Below, piece by piece: positions 9,747-21,720 of a stretch of 64,000 nt of DNA. Numbering within the stretch: position 1 is the stretch's first letter; every line of letters starts with the position of its first letter. The DNA comes from an uncultured virus (IMG/VR IMGVR_UViG_3300008107_000058) (lineage: Duplodnaviria > Heunggongvirae > Uroviricota > Caudoviricetes): the IMG/VR virus record IMGVR_UViG_3300008107_000058; one strand, written 5' to 3'. A model generated the notes under the pieces. It made no database searches. It saw nothing but the letters and a program-made list of their open reading frames with translations, and was not told the DNA's origin. A program made the translations under genes and the position numbers.

Positions 9747-11229
9747 ATGGATCCATTGCTTGAAGCAAAAATACACAACGCTATGTCAGAGCTTTCTAAT
9801 GAAGCTGACAAAACAATACATGACCCTTCAGTTATTTATGCCCTTATGCATCACGCTGTTAATGTGTTTAAGTTAACCCTTACTCATGTTGGTTACCTAG
9901 AATCTAAAGTACAGTCACTAACTGCGGAAAACCAAAGACTTAATCAGATAGCGAAGTATTAAAATGTCTTTTGATGAATGGATCAAAATAGGTTTACAAA
10001 ATAATTGGTGCGGTCCACCTGTCTGCTATACTCATGATAGCTTCCCTTTAAGTGAAGAGGAAGATGATGAATTTGCAGAAGGCGGCGATCCCTGCATGCA
10101 CATGATCCGTCTTTACGACGACATCGATCATAAACTAAACATTGAGAGTGCACACTCTCCTTCTATGTGGAGAAAATCATGATGAAATCATTAATTAATT
10201 CAATCGCTAATTTAGTTCTAGCAATCAATAACTTAACAGCTTCTTTAAATAAAAAAGACTCTGGTTATTCAGCTACAACAACTTATCCTTCTGCTGTTAC
10301 TTCTAATCCTTATTCTTCTAACGTTAAGATAACCTCTTATTATGAGTCTAAATCTTCAACCGTTACAATTTCCCGTGAAGAGTACAACGCTTTAAAAAAT
10401 ATTTACTCAGCACTTACTGACAAAGGATCTTATCCTAAGCATCATGACCATGTAGCTAGAGAGCTTAAATTAAAGTGGCCAGTACTCAATAAAGCTCTTG
10501 AACAATTTGTTAAAGCTTATCAAGTTAAACATAATCCTTCTACTAAATATAATCCTTCTGGCAAAAATATTTGGAAGGATTGAAGATGGCACTTCAGATC
10601 CCTATTTCTTTAGAAACAAAGGAAAAGTTAATTAGAGCCTGGGGTCCAGAAGTAATTTTAAAGTGCAGTTGCGGTGAAATACCATCTCACTCAATGTGGG
10701 GTCAGTATGGTTCCGGCAGTTGTCCAGTTTGTAAACAAAGATGTGAAATGACCTTATATGAATGGGGAGTTGCTACAGATGGATCATGAAGAGATGAGAG
10801 AAGCTTATATAAGAGCTCTAAAGCAGGGTGAAGATCTATTCAACTCTTTTTGCAATTTATGTAAAGCTGACTATCTTCCTGATACGGGCGAAATAATAGA
10901 TGTTGTAACAATTGATAAAATCTATAGAGTTTGGTTTTGTCAACCATGTTTAGATAAAGAAAAAGAATATAATGATTAAATTTAAAAAACCCTATATGAG
11001 TAAAAATTGGAAAAAAATTTTCGAGGCCAAATTGCCTTTTATACTTTTTTGGATTTCTCAGAAATTACAAAGAAAAGTTAAAGTTATACTTGTGGAAGAA
11101 AGAACAGGTAAAAAAATTACTACCTGTAAATTTACAGCACATGAGTACGCTTTGATTCATCAAGCTGCTGTTAGTAAGGGTATGACTGATGAAGAATTCT
11201 TTATTTATATTATTAGAACTTTAAAGTAA
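9747..11229 (+). other. Run of six small hypothetical CDS (9747-9962, 9964-10182, about 10179-10583, about 10586-10789, about 10779-10979, 10972-11229)
   Basis: Abutting or overlapping short ORFs; two carry CxxC motifs. Confidence 0.6.
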
Positions 11230-11269
11230 TTAAAAAATTTTCATACAAAAAAAGTGTAACAGTAGGACC

Positions 11270-12467
<1,198 letters not shown>

Positions 12468-12536
12468 CTAACTATAATAGTAACGGTTTTATATAGTAGG
12501 ACCTCAGACTGCCGAAAAACTGCTATAATAAATGGC

Positions 12537-12926
12537 ATGGGAATGTTTGATTATTTTACAATTGATTACCCTCTGCCTATAGAGTCTTATATTCCAGAAG
12601 AATATAAAAGCTTTATTTATAGAGCCATAAATGAGGATGGATTTCAGACAAAAGACCTAGAGTGTCTGCTGTATAGATATCATGTAGACAATATTGGTAG
12701 AATTTTTTGTGCCGACTTTCCTGATTTTGAATCAGATGAAGAGCCGGTATACAATAAAATATACCAACATGGGCATGTTCTGATTTATACGGTGGTATAC
12801 TTGGATGACAACGGGACTAAGTTCTGGTTGGAATACGACTTAAAGTTTACTGATAGTCTTTTGGTGTCAGCAAAAATGGTTAATCCAACAAAGGAAAAAA
12901 TAAATGAACTACACAGAAACATATAG
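12537..12926 (+). CDS. Conserved phage hypothetical protein (MGMFD...FQTKDL...EY..KFTD)
   Basis: Recognisable phage ORF signature; TGCTATAAT upstream. Confidence 0.7.
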   Translation: MGMFDYFTIDYPLPIESYIPEEYKSFIYRAINEDGFQTKDLECLLYRYHVDNIGRIFCADFPDFESDEEPVYNKIYQHGHVLIYTVVYLDDNGTKFWLEYDLKFTDSLLVSAKMVNPTKEKINELHRNI

Positions 12927-13167
12927 AAAACTATACGCTTCAATAAAGATTGAAGACATGCCCCACGAAGTGGCACACCGCGCATCGTTGAGAATAGCCG
13001 ATGCAATAAGTTACCTTTATCTAACTTCCAAGACTTATAATGAGGAAACTATGGAGGTCGTCAAAGAAGCTGTATCTGGCCTCAAGATAGGTGGCTACGA
13101 CTTAGATGATCGAGGTCAGCCAATAGGCTTTGGTACTAGCGCAACTGGATTAAATAATAATAAATAA
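12904..13167 (+). CDS. Hypothetical protein
   Basis: 87-aa ORF. Confidence 0.55.
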   Translation: MNYTETYRKLYASIKIEDMPHEVAHRASLRIADAISYLYLTSKTYNEETMEVVKEAVSGLKIGGYDLDDRGQPIGFGTSATGLNNNK

Positions 13168-13245
13168 TACGTATGCCAGTTGCGAATTATGTTTATAAAA
13201 AATAGAATAGTATTAATGAAACTCATAAGAGTATAGTAAAGTTTT

Positions 13246-13321
<76 letters not shown>

Positions 13322-13336
13322 TCTAAAATAGGTTTT

Positions 13337-13738
13337 ATGGAATTAAATAAGTTAGAAAAAAAACAAAAATACCAAAGAGAGTGGATCAAAACCAGACGCC
13401 AAGAATGGGTTGAGGAAAATGGTCCATGCAAACACTGTGGTACATGGGATAAACTTGAAGTTGACCACATAAAACCAGAATTAAAAAGTATGCATACGGC
13501 GTCTATATGGAGTAGAACAGCAGAAGTAAGAAAGAAAGAACTCTCAAACTGCCAAGTACTCTGTAAGTCTTGTCACCTAAAAAAGACTCTTGCAGAAAGA
13601 CCAAAGCCACAGCATGGTAGTGTTACAATGTATGATGACTACAAATGTCGTTGCGATCTTTGCAAGCAAGCAAAAAGTAAATATCAAATGAAAATAAGAA
13701 ACCCAAAGAAATACAAGGAATTATACGGAAATGAATAA
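13337..13738 (+). CDS. HNH endonuclease
   Basis: CKHC...LEVDHI...NCQVLCKSCH; C-terminal HG..TMY..YKCRCDLC. Confidence 0.9.
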   Translation: MELNKLEKKQKYQREWIKTRRQEWVEENGPCKHCGTWDKLEVDHIKPELKSMHTASIWSRTAEVRKKELSNCQVLCKSCHLKKTLAERPKPQHGSVTMYDDYKCRCDLCKQAKSKYQMKIRNPKKYKELYGNE

Positions 13739-14741
13739 GAGAATATTTTTAACAGGCGCTGGCGGATTTGTTGGCCACCACACATTAGAGCACATTTTAA
13801 AAACTACAGACTGGGATGTCGTCATTAGTGATTCGTTCCGTCATCGTGGCGTCACAGACCGCATCACATCTATTGGATGCTGGGAAGCAGAACGCCATCG
13901 CGTTCAGTTGATTACACATGATCTTACTGTTCCATTTTCCGATGTTATGATTAAAGAGATGGGTCATATTGACTACATTATTTCTATGGCATCTGATTCG
14001 CATGTTGACAGATCAATTACAGATCCTGCACCATTTATTTTAAACAACGTTGCACTTGTAGTTAATATGTTAGAGCTTGCTCGTAAGATTCAGCCAGAAG
14101 TTTTCTTGCACGTATCTACAGACGAAGTTTATGGTCCTGCACCTAAGGGTTATGCCCACGTAGAATGGGATACAATCCTTCCTTCTAATCCTTACTCTGG
14201 CTCTAAAGCTGCACAAGAAGCTGCCTGCATCTCTTACTGGCGTACTTTCGGAGTCCCAGTGGTCATTACAAATACCATGAATATTATTGGTGAGCGTCAA
14301 GATCCAGAGAAGTTTGTTCCGAAGATTATGTATTGCTTGGAAAAAAATATTCCAATGACAATTCATGGCACTGTAGATAACGTTGGTTCTAGATATTATC
14401 TTCACGCTAGAAACCAAGCAGATGCTCTCTTGTTTATTCTTAAGAATCTTCCGCCAGTTTCTTACCCATACTCAGATCGCCCAGACAAGTATCATATTGT
14501 TGGCGAAAGAGAAGTTGACAATCTTGAAATGGCTGAGATGGTTGCAGATTTTTGGGGCAAAGAACTCAAGTTTAAGTTTGAAGACTTCCATACAACAAGA
14601 CCTGGTCACGACCTACGCTATGCTTTAGATGGAACTAAACTAGCAGAAGCTGGCTGGGTACCACCAATGCCATTAGAGCAGTCCCTTGAGACTACAGTCG
14701 AATGGACCAAGAAGCATCCTGAATGGCTGTGGAGAGACTAA
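13731..14741 (+). CDS. rfbB: dTDP-glucose 4,6-dehydratase-like NAD-dependent epimerase/dehydratase
   Basis: TGAGGFVG, SHVDRSI, HVSTDEVYG, PYSGSK, RPGHDLRYALD. Confidence 0.9.
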   Translation: MNKRIFLTGAGGFVGHHTLEHILKTTDWDVVISDSFRHRGVTDRITSIGCWEAERHRVQLITHDLTVPFSDVMIKEMGHIDYIISMASDSHVDRSITDPAPFILNNVALVVNMLELARKIQPEVFLHVSTDEVYGPAPKGYAHVEWDTILPSNPYSGSKAAQEAACISYWRTFGVPVVITNTMNIIGERQDPEKFVPKIMYCLEKNIPMTIHGTVDNVGSRYYLHARNQADALLFILKNLPPVSYPYSDRPDKYHIVGEREVDNLEMAEMVADFWGKELKFKFEDFHTTRPGHDLRYALDGTKLAEAGWVPPMPLEQSLETTVEWTKKHPEWLWRD

Positions 14742-16195
14742 TACCCTAAGTCTCTACGAGACTGGTCCATGTATGTTCCCTGGTCTCTTTGTACGCTCTT
14801 CTTGCTTCTAGTAGAAGCATAACCAACACCAAGCAGCGTTGCTGCCCCCACAATCCCTAAAGTCCTAGCATTGCCATGACCTTTTGCAATATTTTTTGCG
14901 GTCTCAGCTGCGTTGTCTAAAAGAGATTTTCCTTTTGATGGTGATCCAGAAGAAGGTGGAGTAGTTGGTTTTACTTTTGGAGTATCTGTTGTAACTATAG
15001 CTGTTGGAGTTTTAGGTGTTACAGATGTGCTTGTTGGTGCTGGTGCAGCTGCGTCGGTACCTTTTGGCTTTGGAGTAGTTCTAATGTCTGTTGGCGCTCC
15101 TAGGTCTCCTGGGCCTTTTCTTTTTGGTTTTGGCGGAGGAGATTCAACTAGTGGCTCACCAGAAGCAGTTGCCTTTGCAACCTCTGCACCGTGATCGTAT
15201 GTTTCAGTTGCAATTAAATCTCCTCTGGCTCTAGCATCTGCATACTCATCTGCCGTAGGGTTTTCTATTGCTTTAACTATCTTAGGTTCTATGAGCTCAT
15301 CAGCTACTGGAGCGGATGGCGCTGATGGCTCTACTAAGTCATCAAAAGAACCTGTTCTTTCAGGAAGAGTATCCCCAGTAGACCTAGCCCAAGCTTCCCC
15401 ATCTGGAGTTCTACTTTTAGAATGAACTACATACGGCACATTTTCATCAACAGTAGAAAGTCTCCTAGCTTCTTCAAGAAGACCAGTGCCTATTCCTTGT
15501 CTTCTAAATTTTTCTGCTACTTCTATTTTATCTATTTCACCTGGAGTTATTCCTCCTTTGCCATAGAAACTTAATCTTCCCATTTCTTCGCCAGTGTCGG
15601 GATGGAAAGCTCTAACCGTATGTTCGTTATCTCCAAAGAAAATATCTGGATTATAATTTGGATCATTATAATATTTAAAATTTGGTGTTATCTTTGATTT
15701 TTCTGAAGTTTTCGTTAGAGCAGTTGGAGCTGCGGAAGGGACAGCTGCCGCTTCCCCGCTTAAAGTACCCCTTAGCCTTGAGGTGGGTTCAACTGTAGAT
15801 TTAGGAGGGACAACAGATGTTGCCGCTCTTGAACTGGTATCTGCATGATATATATCACCTAAGTCATAAGATTGGTGAGCATTTTTTAACGTTTGTACAG
15901 CACCGCTTACTTTAGGAGCGTTAAGATGACGACCTATGGCTTCATATTGCCTGCGCATATCGTCGTTCATTCCATGTTCACCAATATATTCAGTTAAAGA
16001 ACTAAATATTTTTTCCATTGGATCAGAAACACCCCTTAGTGCTTCTCCGCCTTTTTCAAACATTTTTTGCTGCGATCTTTGAAAAGGTGCTTCGGTATCT
16101 TTGAAACTAGCTGCTATAGACAAAAACTTTTGTATATCTGAAAAAAGTATGTCTCCTAAAATTTTAGGCGACTTAGGGCGAGGGATGTCAGACAT
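14738..16195 (-). CDS. Protein with central GNAT-like domain, Pro/Thr-rich linker and C-terminal hydrophobic segment
   Basis: EIDKIEVAEKFRRQGIGTGLL acetyl-CoA-binding motif A. Confidence 0.7.
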   Translation of the reverse strand: MSDIPRPKSPKILGDILFSDIQKFLSIAASFKDTEAPFQRSQQKMFEKGGEALRGVSDPMEKIFSSLTEYIGEHGMNDDMRRQYEAIGRHLNAPKVSGAVQTLKNAHQSYDLGDIYHADTSSRAATSVVPPKSTVEPTSRLRGTLSGEAAAVPSAAPTALTKTSEKSKITPNFKYYNDPNYNPDIFFGDNEHTVRAFHPDTGEEMGRLSFYGKGGITPGEIDKIEVAEKFRRQGIGTGLLEEARRLSTVDENVPYVVHSKSRTPDGEAWARSTGDTLPERTGSFDDLVEPSAPSAPVADELIEPKIVKAIENPTADEYADARARGDLIATETYDHGAEVAKATASGEPLVESPPPKPKRKGPGDLGAPTDIRTTPKPKGTDAAAPAPTSTSVTPKTPTAIVTTDTPKVKPTTPPSSGSPSKGKSLLDNAAETAKNIAKGHGNARTLGIVGAATLLGVGYASTRSKKSVQRDQGTYMDQSRRDLGY

Positions 16196-16197
16196 AA

Positions 16198-17853
16198 TTA
16201 AAACCTACTTTGTATTTCTTGTTCTACATTTTTTCTTTGTCTGCCGGCAGAAGTAATTCCAAATACTGCTGCCATTCCGGCTAAACCAACAGCCGCATAG
16301 TTTAATTTAGAGCTATGTATAACACTGGCTGCCCTTACTGTATCCTCACCAAGCATGTCAGCTATCCTTGATCCAGCTCTTGTTGCCGTGTCAGTTGCCC
16401 CAGCTGCTGCACTAGAACCTGGCATAGGAGTTGAAGATATTGCAGCAGAGGCTTGATTTGCTGATTGAACTCTTCTAACAAAAGAAGGAACATAATCATT
16501 AGGGCCTGATTGGACTCTTTTCTTAATTGGTTCAAAAGCTTGGTCTGAATAGTCCATACCTTGCATCATGGGAGGCAGTCCCCTTCCCATGTTAACAAAC
16601 CTAGTATCATCAGAGATAAAAGGACTTAGAGCAGAGTGTGACATTTTAAAGAATCTTTCATCTTCATACATCTGACTAATTTGTCTAGATTTTAAAATTC
16701 TTTGTTCTCTAAGTATTTTTTGTTCTTCTTTGTAAGCAGCCATTCTATCTTTGTAATCATTATTTATTGCCCAATTACCTGTCTGTTGAACTGGCATTGC
16801 ATCATAGGGTAGTGTTGTGTTAATTTTCCCAAGTAAATTACTTCTACCTTCAGCTACGCTTACTCTCGTTAAGTTATCTGGAGGATTAGCAATCCCAAGT
16901 GAATCAACTTCTAAGTTATCTATAGCTTGCCTAATAGTAGAAACTCTTTGGTTACTGCCCATTGGAAGACCAGTGTCTTCCATTCCTGCCAGCATACCTG
17001 GCATCTTTCTGCCGACTTTTACATTGTATGGGACACCCATTCCCATACCGGTTAAATCGTTCTCAACCTGTCTTAAAAAAAGTTTTTCATGATCAAAAAT
17101 TCTTTGTTTTTGTTTTGAAATTCTTCTAGCTTCTCTTTTTTGAGCTTTGCTAACAGGTTTAAATTTAGTGGGAAATCTTTCAGTTGGCATATCTGAAAGC
17201 ATTGCTGTTTTTCCAGAAGCCACTCTTTCTGCAGTGTATTGATTTGCGGTGTCGGCATAGATTCTAGATTTGCCACTGGCCTGCATTCCATACATAGGGT
17301 CGACTTCAAGGCCAAAAGTAGATTCAAGAGCTTCTCTAGCTAAAGCCCTTTGCGGATCTGCTAATTTGTCTCTTGCTACTTTTTCCTGCAAGGATTCTAA
17401 AACACCAGGAGAATTATATGGTCTTTTACGAGCTTTTTTTAACTCTTCGCTATTGCGCATTAAGCGCATTATTCTAGTTTCTTCGGCTTTGTCTCCTGAA
17501 GACCTGGCTTCCTGTAGTCTGTCAGAAAGATTATTTTTTAATAAAAGTCTTTCATCTTTTTGGGCATATTGAACAGTAATTGGTTCAAATGGTTGATTAT
17601 TTTTAATATTACTTGAACCCAAAGCAGACAAAGAATTAAGGGTTCTGCTTTGTTTTCTCGCAGTTGTTGATGTCTTTTTGCCTGGAGAATTTACTGGCCC
17701 TGGTTTAGGGATTTTAACTTTACTTTCCGGAGATTTTCTAGTTACATTTGGCTGATCATTAGTCAACTTTAATGGAGATGGTGGACCATGCATTCCCGTA
17801 ATTTTTAATTGAGGATTTTCATTTAAAAAATCTTCAAAATTCATCCAAGCCAT
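16198..17853 (-). CDS. Hypothetical protein with C-terminal hydrophobic segment
   Basis: Long ORF; C-terminus organised like that of the adjacent gene. Confidence 0.75.
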   Translation of the reverse strand: MAWMNFEDFLNENPQLKITGMHGPPSPLKLTNDQPNVTRKSPESKVKIPKPGPVNSPGKKTSTTARKQSRTLNSLSALGSSNIKNNQPFEPITVQYAQKDERLLLKNNLSDRLQEARSSGDKAEETRIMRLMRNSEELKKARKRPYNSPGVLESLQEKVARDKLADPQRALAREALESTFGLEVDPMYGMQASGKSRIYADTANQYTAERVASGKTAMLSDMPTERFPTKFKPVSKAQKREARRISKQKQRIFDHEKLFLRQVENDLTGMGMGVPYNVKVGRKMPGMLAGMEDTGLPMGSNQRVSTIRQAIDNLEVDSLGIANPPDNLTRVSVAEGRSNLLGKINTTLPYDAMPVQQTGNWAINNDYKDRMAAYKEEQKILREQRILKSRQISQMYEDERFFKMSHSALSPFISDDTRFVNMGRGLPPMMQGMDYSDQAFEPIKKRVQSGPNDYVPSFVRRVQSANQASAAISSTPMPGSSAAAGATDTATRAGSRIADMLGEDTVRAASVIHSSKLNYAAVGLAGMAAVFGITSAGRQRKNVEQEIQSRF

Positions 17854-17871
17854 AAAAAACTCCACTGTGCA

Positions 17872-17891
17872 TTACTATATATCTATAGTAA
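17872..17891. promoter_or_regulatory. Back-to-back TTACTATA motifs for divergent genes
   Basis: TTACTATA-tatc-TATAGTAA; each copy lies about 30 nt upstream of an ATG (17912 +, 17853 -). Confidence 0.65.
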
Positions 17892-17911
17892 CCAATGTTT
17901 GGAGGTATGTT

Positions 17912-18130
17912 ATGGCTGGCAAGAAGCCCGCAAAAGTTAATTCTACTATTAAAAAAGAAATTGTTGTTTTACCAGGAAAAGCAGTATATTTTATGGGTTT
18001 GATGACAGAGGGTTTTACCTGCCCTGTTTGTAAAAGAAACTTAATTAAGGGTATAATATATGAACATGAAGGATCCTCATATTGCAAAAGAGGATGTATC
18101 CCTAAGCCAGAAAAGGTAGATGCTGCGTGA
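17912..18130 (+). CDS. Small Cys-containing protein
   Basis: GGAGG RBS; CPVC...YCKRGC. Confidence 0.6.
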   Translation: MAGKKPAKVNSTIKKEIVVLPGKAVYFMGLMTEGFTCPVCKRNLIKGIIYEHEGSSYCKRGCIPKPEKVDAA

Positions 18131-18206
18131 GTTTTATCCTGTTATATATATGCTGTGTTGCAGCCTATGGAATTGGTTACATACAAGGAAGTTTTAGAGG
18201 CAAAAG

Positions 18207-18524
18207 ATGAAAGACTATTGGTTAGCTGAATTTTTAAAAGAGATGGAAGGGAAACTTCCACCAGCAGAACAAGAGTATGTCAATGCTATGTTGGGAATCG
18301 TTTCTAAATACGGAAAGCTTTCCAATGGCGATAGCAATGGCATTTGGGTTGGCTATGTCCCCGGCGTAGAAAACGATAACCTTGCTATTGGTGTTAAGTG
18401 TGGCAATTGTGCTTTCTATGAAGGCAATGGAGTTTGCAAGATTGCAGCCGGCGAAGTAGAAGACAATGGCTATTGTCGTTTAGCTGCCATCCCAGACGGC
18501 GTAGTAAAAGGATACAGAAAATAA
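18207..18524 (+). CDS. HiPIP-like Fe-S motif protein
   Basis: CGNCAFY...C...GEV...GYC. Confidence 0.6.
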   Translation: MKDYWLAEFLKEMEGKLPPAEQEYVNAMLGIVSKYGKLSNGDSNGIWVGYVPGVENDNLAIGVKCGNCAFYEGNGVCKIAAGEVEDNGYCRLAAIPDGVVKGYRK

Positions 18525-18898
18525 TGCAGAACTATTGGTTATCAGAATACGACGCTCCGGATGACGAAGAAATGCCGGATGAAGAAATGCCCGAGGAAGA
18601 ACCGGAAGACGAAGAAGATCCTGATGATCCAGAGGAAAAATTAAATCCTCGTCAAAAAATGATGTATGAACAATATGAATCATGCGTGGAAATGCATGGT
18701 AAGTTTGATCAAACCGCTAAGGGTAATGGTGCACACTATGCGCCGGCTGCAAAGAATCCTTTTATTAAAGAAGGATTAGTCTGCTCTAACTGTGTATTTT
18801 TTATGGGCGGTCAAGGCTGTGAGATAGTCGCCGGTAAGGTAGAGGCTAATGCTATTTGTAAACTTTGGATTATTCCAGAACAGTTAATTATTAAATAG
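18524..18898 (+). CDS. HiPIP-like Fe-S motif protein, paralog with acidic insert
   Basis: CSNCVFF...CEIVAGKVEANAICKLW; N-terminus MQNYWLSE matches MKDYWLAE. Confidence 0.6.
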   Translation: MQNYWLSEYDAPDDEEMPDEEMPEEEPEDEEDPDDPEEKLNPRQKMMYEQYESCVEMHGKFDQTAKGNGAHYAPAAKNPFIKEGLVCSNCVFFMGGQGCEIVAGKVEANAICKLWIIPEQLIIK

Positions 18899-19207
18899 TT
18901 ATCTATCTAGGTACCCAAGAGCAGTTGCTTCAACACGATTTTCGTGAATCCAAGAATGACAGGATGGACAACAGACAACAAGGTTATCAGCAGTTTGCAT
19001 AACGCCATCTATCTGTCTTTGATACCCAGTTCTTCCATCTCCTATTATTAGTTTTTTTTGATGAGCTATTTTAGCTTCTAATGTGCAGTTAGCTTCCTTA
19101 ACTGTGCATTCCCACCCAACTGCGTCAAATGCTTCAGCGCGTGCGTCAAAAAAATCTTGAGGAGGTCGTACGGTTACTTCTATAATTTCATTATCTTGAT
19201 TAGTCAT
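18899..19207 (-). CDS. HNH-like small protein
   Basis: C...C...AH...NLVVCCPSCHSWIH. Confidence 0.6.
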   Translation of the reverse strand: MTNQDNEIIEVTVRPPQDFFDARAEAFDAVGWECTVKEANCTLEAKIAHQKKLIIGDGRTGYQRQIDGVMQTADNLVVCCPSCHSWIHENRVEATALGYLDR

Positions 19208-19223
19208 ATAAACGTTTTCCTAA

Positions 19224-20508
19224 CTATGGTCCATAATACTTAAATCTAACAACCCCTGCTTGTGCCGTTCTATTGTAGGCACCGCCGCCGCCATAAGTAG
19301 AAGCTGGCGTATTTCCGTGTTGATAACCATCGTCTCCGTAGATATCCTCTCCACCGCCTCCCGAACTGCATGAAATTGAATAAATACTTTTTGCAGCACC
19401 GCCGTAGCCACCGGTTCCAACATAGGACGGAGTGTAATATCCGCTTTGGCCAGCACTTTCGGCTCCTCCGCCTCCGCCTCCAGCTCCATCAACGCATCCA
19501 TATAGTGCAGATCCACCACTGCGTGATGTTGAATTATATGTATTTCCACCAGAGCCATAGCCAGAAGAACCGGCAGTTCCGGTATAGGGATTTGTTCCTC
19601 CTCCGCCAATGCCAACCATGTTCCAAACTTCAGTTTGTGTAAGGTATGAAGTACTACCACTTGTGTAAACTCCACCTGAAGGATTAGTGCCACCACCGCC
19701 AACCGCATAATCTAAAGATGAACCCACAGATATTGAGTCAGAAGCAGATACACCTCCACCTCCACCTCCATCCATAGACCCAGCTCCTCCACCTGCCACA
19801 ACAAGTGCTTCATATATGGTTCCAATAAATGGAGGAGTAAACGATTGCTCAGATGATGCTGTTGCGGACGTTGCTGCAATAACTATGGATTGTTCTGAAC
19901 CGTATGTTGTACCCGCAGCATTTACTGCCTTAACTCTAAAGTAGTATGTACCTGCACCTAATCCAGTAGCGGTTGCGGTAACTGAAGAGCTAGCAGAAAC
20001 TGTTCCAGGGGTTGCTGAAATAGAAGATCCATAAACTCCAGTAGAAGTTCCATATTCAAATGTAACTGTAGTAGTTAATCCATTCGCACCGACGGTTCCA
20101 TTAAATGTAGCAGCGCAACTAGAATTTATTATTCTAGCTTTATAATAAACAGTGGTGCCTCTTGGCCAAGTAGTTCTTACATATGCATTACTTGTTGCGC
20201 TTACTTCATTGGGGTAAGATCCAGAAGAAGTACCCCATATAAAATGAGTAGTTCCAGCAGAACCGTTTAGCGTACCAGTTCCAGTACTTGCTCCTGATGG
20301 GTATGGGTTAGTCCAAGTTCCAGAGCCTGATGTATATGTTTGCGTGTTTAAAGTTGAAAATGTTTGAGTGCTCGTAGGAGAACTAGTAGTTGGTGCAGTC
20401 GGAGTAGTCGTTGCGTCACTTCCAGAATTAGTTGTGGCTAAAGGTTTTGCCCCAAGTGGAAATATTCTTCCGAGATCTTGCTCCTGATACTGAACCTATA
20501 AATGGCAT
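19224..20508 (-). CDS. FN3 plus glycine-rich tail/adhesin-like protein, about 427 aa, joined at CGGA (20469-20472)
   Basis: MPFIGSVSGARS-[CGGA]-RIFPLG; I translated the +1 frame and it is open from 20468 to 19224; YYFRVKAVNAAGTTYG FN3 motif. Confidence 0.8.
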
Positions 20509-20516
20509 TGTAAAAC

Positions 20517-21273
20517 CTAAATTGTATCGTAGTTATTACTTGCGCTTCCAAGTACTATCCAAGCACTAGATACTCTAATTAAAGTAAAATTATAAATATC
20601 TATTTTGCTTGCATTTACAGATGGAGCAGCATCGTTGACCCATTTAACATTTTCTGTAGTACCATTAATCTTAAATACACCTGGATAATAACCAGTAGCT
20701 CCTTGATTGACTATAATTGAAATAGTTATAGCATAACCGTCATCTGTTGGTACATTAATTGCATCTACTGTATAATTTTTTGTAATTCCAGTCGAGTTCG
20801 CTAAATAAAAAACGCATGCATTTGTATAGTTGCATGTGACAAGATCTGCAGAGGCTGAAATGCTTGAAACTGTTTCTCTTATTTCTTCAAGATCAACCCT
20901 TCCATAAAAGATAGAATCTCCGGAACTAATAAAGGGACCAACGAAAGACGGAGTTGCAGCTACGAGCTCTGCATTAAAAACAGCCATTGAATTAAATGTA
21001 GTTTGTGAATTAAATGTAGTTTGTGAATTAAACTCTGCTTCGCCAGAAGAAGTTAGTGGACCTGTAAAACTTGGCGTAGCTGCATTTATTTGATTTGCGG
21101 TAACCGAACCTAAAGATGCAATATCTCCATCTGTATTTATTGATGTTACGACTTCATTGTTAGAGTTTTTAAATTCTATAAACGTAGGAGTAGCTCCGTG
21201 ACTCCGCAATAAATAAAGCTGGTTGCGAAGAAATGCTAAACTCAGGTGCTGTTTTATTTTTTTTACGCGCCAT
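20517..21273 (-). CDS. Tail-associated protein, about 251 aa, joined at CGGA (21195-21198)
   Basis: ATG 21273 with upstream AGGAG; C-terminal domain paralogous to 22883..23632. Confidence 0.75.
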
Positions 21274-21285
21274 TTAAAAATACTC

Positions 21286-21459
21286 CTAATTTATATAAAT
21301 ATAATAGTAACTACCAATTACCAATATATTCCATCTGTCTAAGGCTGTTGGGTCATCTGCATATTCCGTGTCTGGATTAAAAACGTCCCAAGGACGAACA
21401 ACGCCAGTTGCCTGACGTTCTGCGTTTTTCTTTTTCCATTCTTGCCAAGGATTAGTCAT
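21286..21459 (-). pseudogene. Small protein apparently lacking its Cys-rich C-terminal part
   Basis: ...ALDRWNI runs into an out-of-frame IGNW* ending at 21311. Confidence 0.35.
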
Positions 21460-21463
21460 TCTG

Positions 21464-21688
21464 TTACTCCGCTGGTGGGGTAAAATTTTCTCCATCCCAC
21501 ATAGAACCTTTTTCTATTGGGTCAACTGTCTCGATAATAATTGGTCTGCTTCTAAAAATGGCAATCATCTCTTCCATTCCTGGAGGCATTGGAAGTTGGA
21601 TGCCATTTTGGTCTAGACCCATAGTAGGAAACTTAAAATTGCCTGCTACTTCGCCTTCAATTACAAATACAAAATTTGGGTTTGTCAT
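21464..21688 (-). CDS. Small tail-region protein
   Basis: Ends GSMWDGENFTPP, typical of tail-fibre-associated small proteins. Confidence 0.65.
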   Translation of the reverse strand: MTNPNFVFVIEGEVAGNFKFPTMGLDQNGIQLPMPPGMEEMIAIFRSRPIIIETVDPIEKGSMWDGENFTPPAE

Positions 21689-21720
21689 TTAAAATCCTTT
21701 TTAATCATTATATCATATAA

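Noticed and set aside
20989..21032. 18-bp tandem repeat
   Set aside because: In-frame coding duplication (FNSQTT twice); not CRISPR or regulatory
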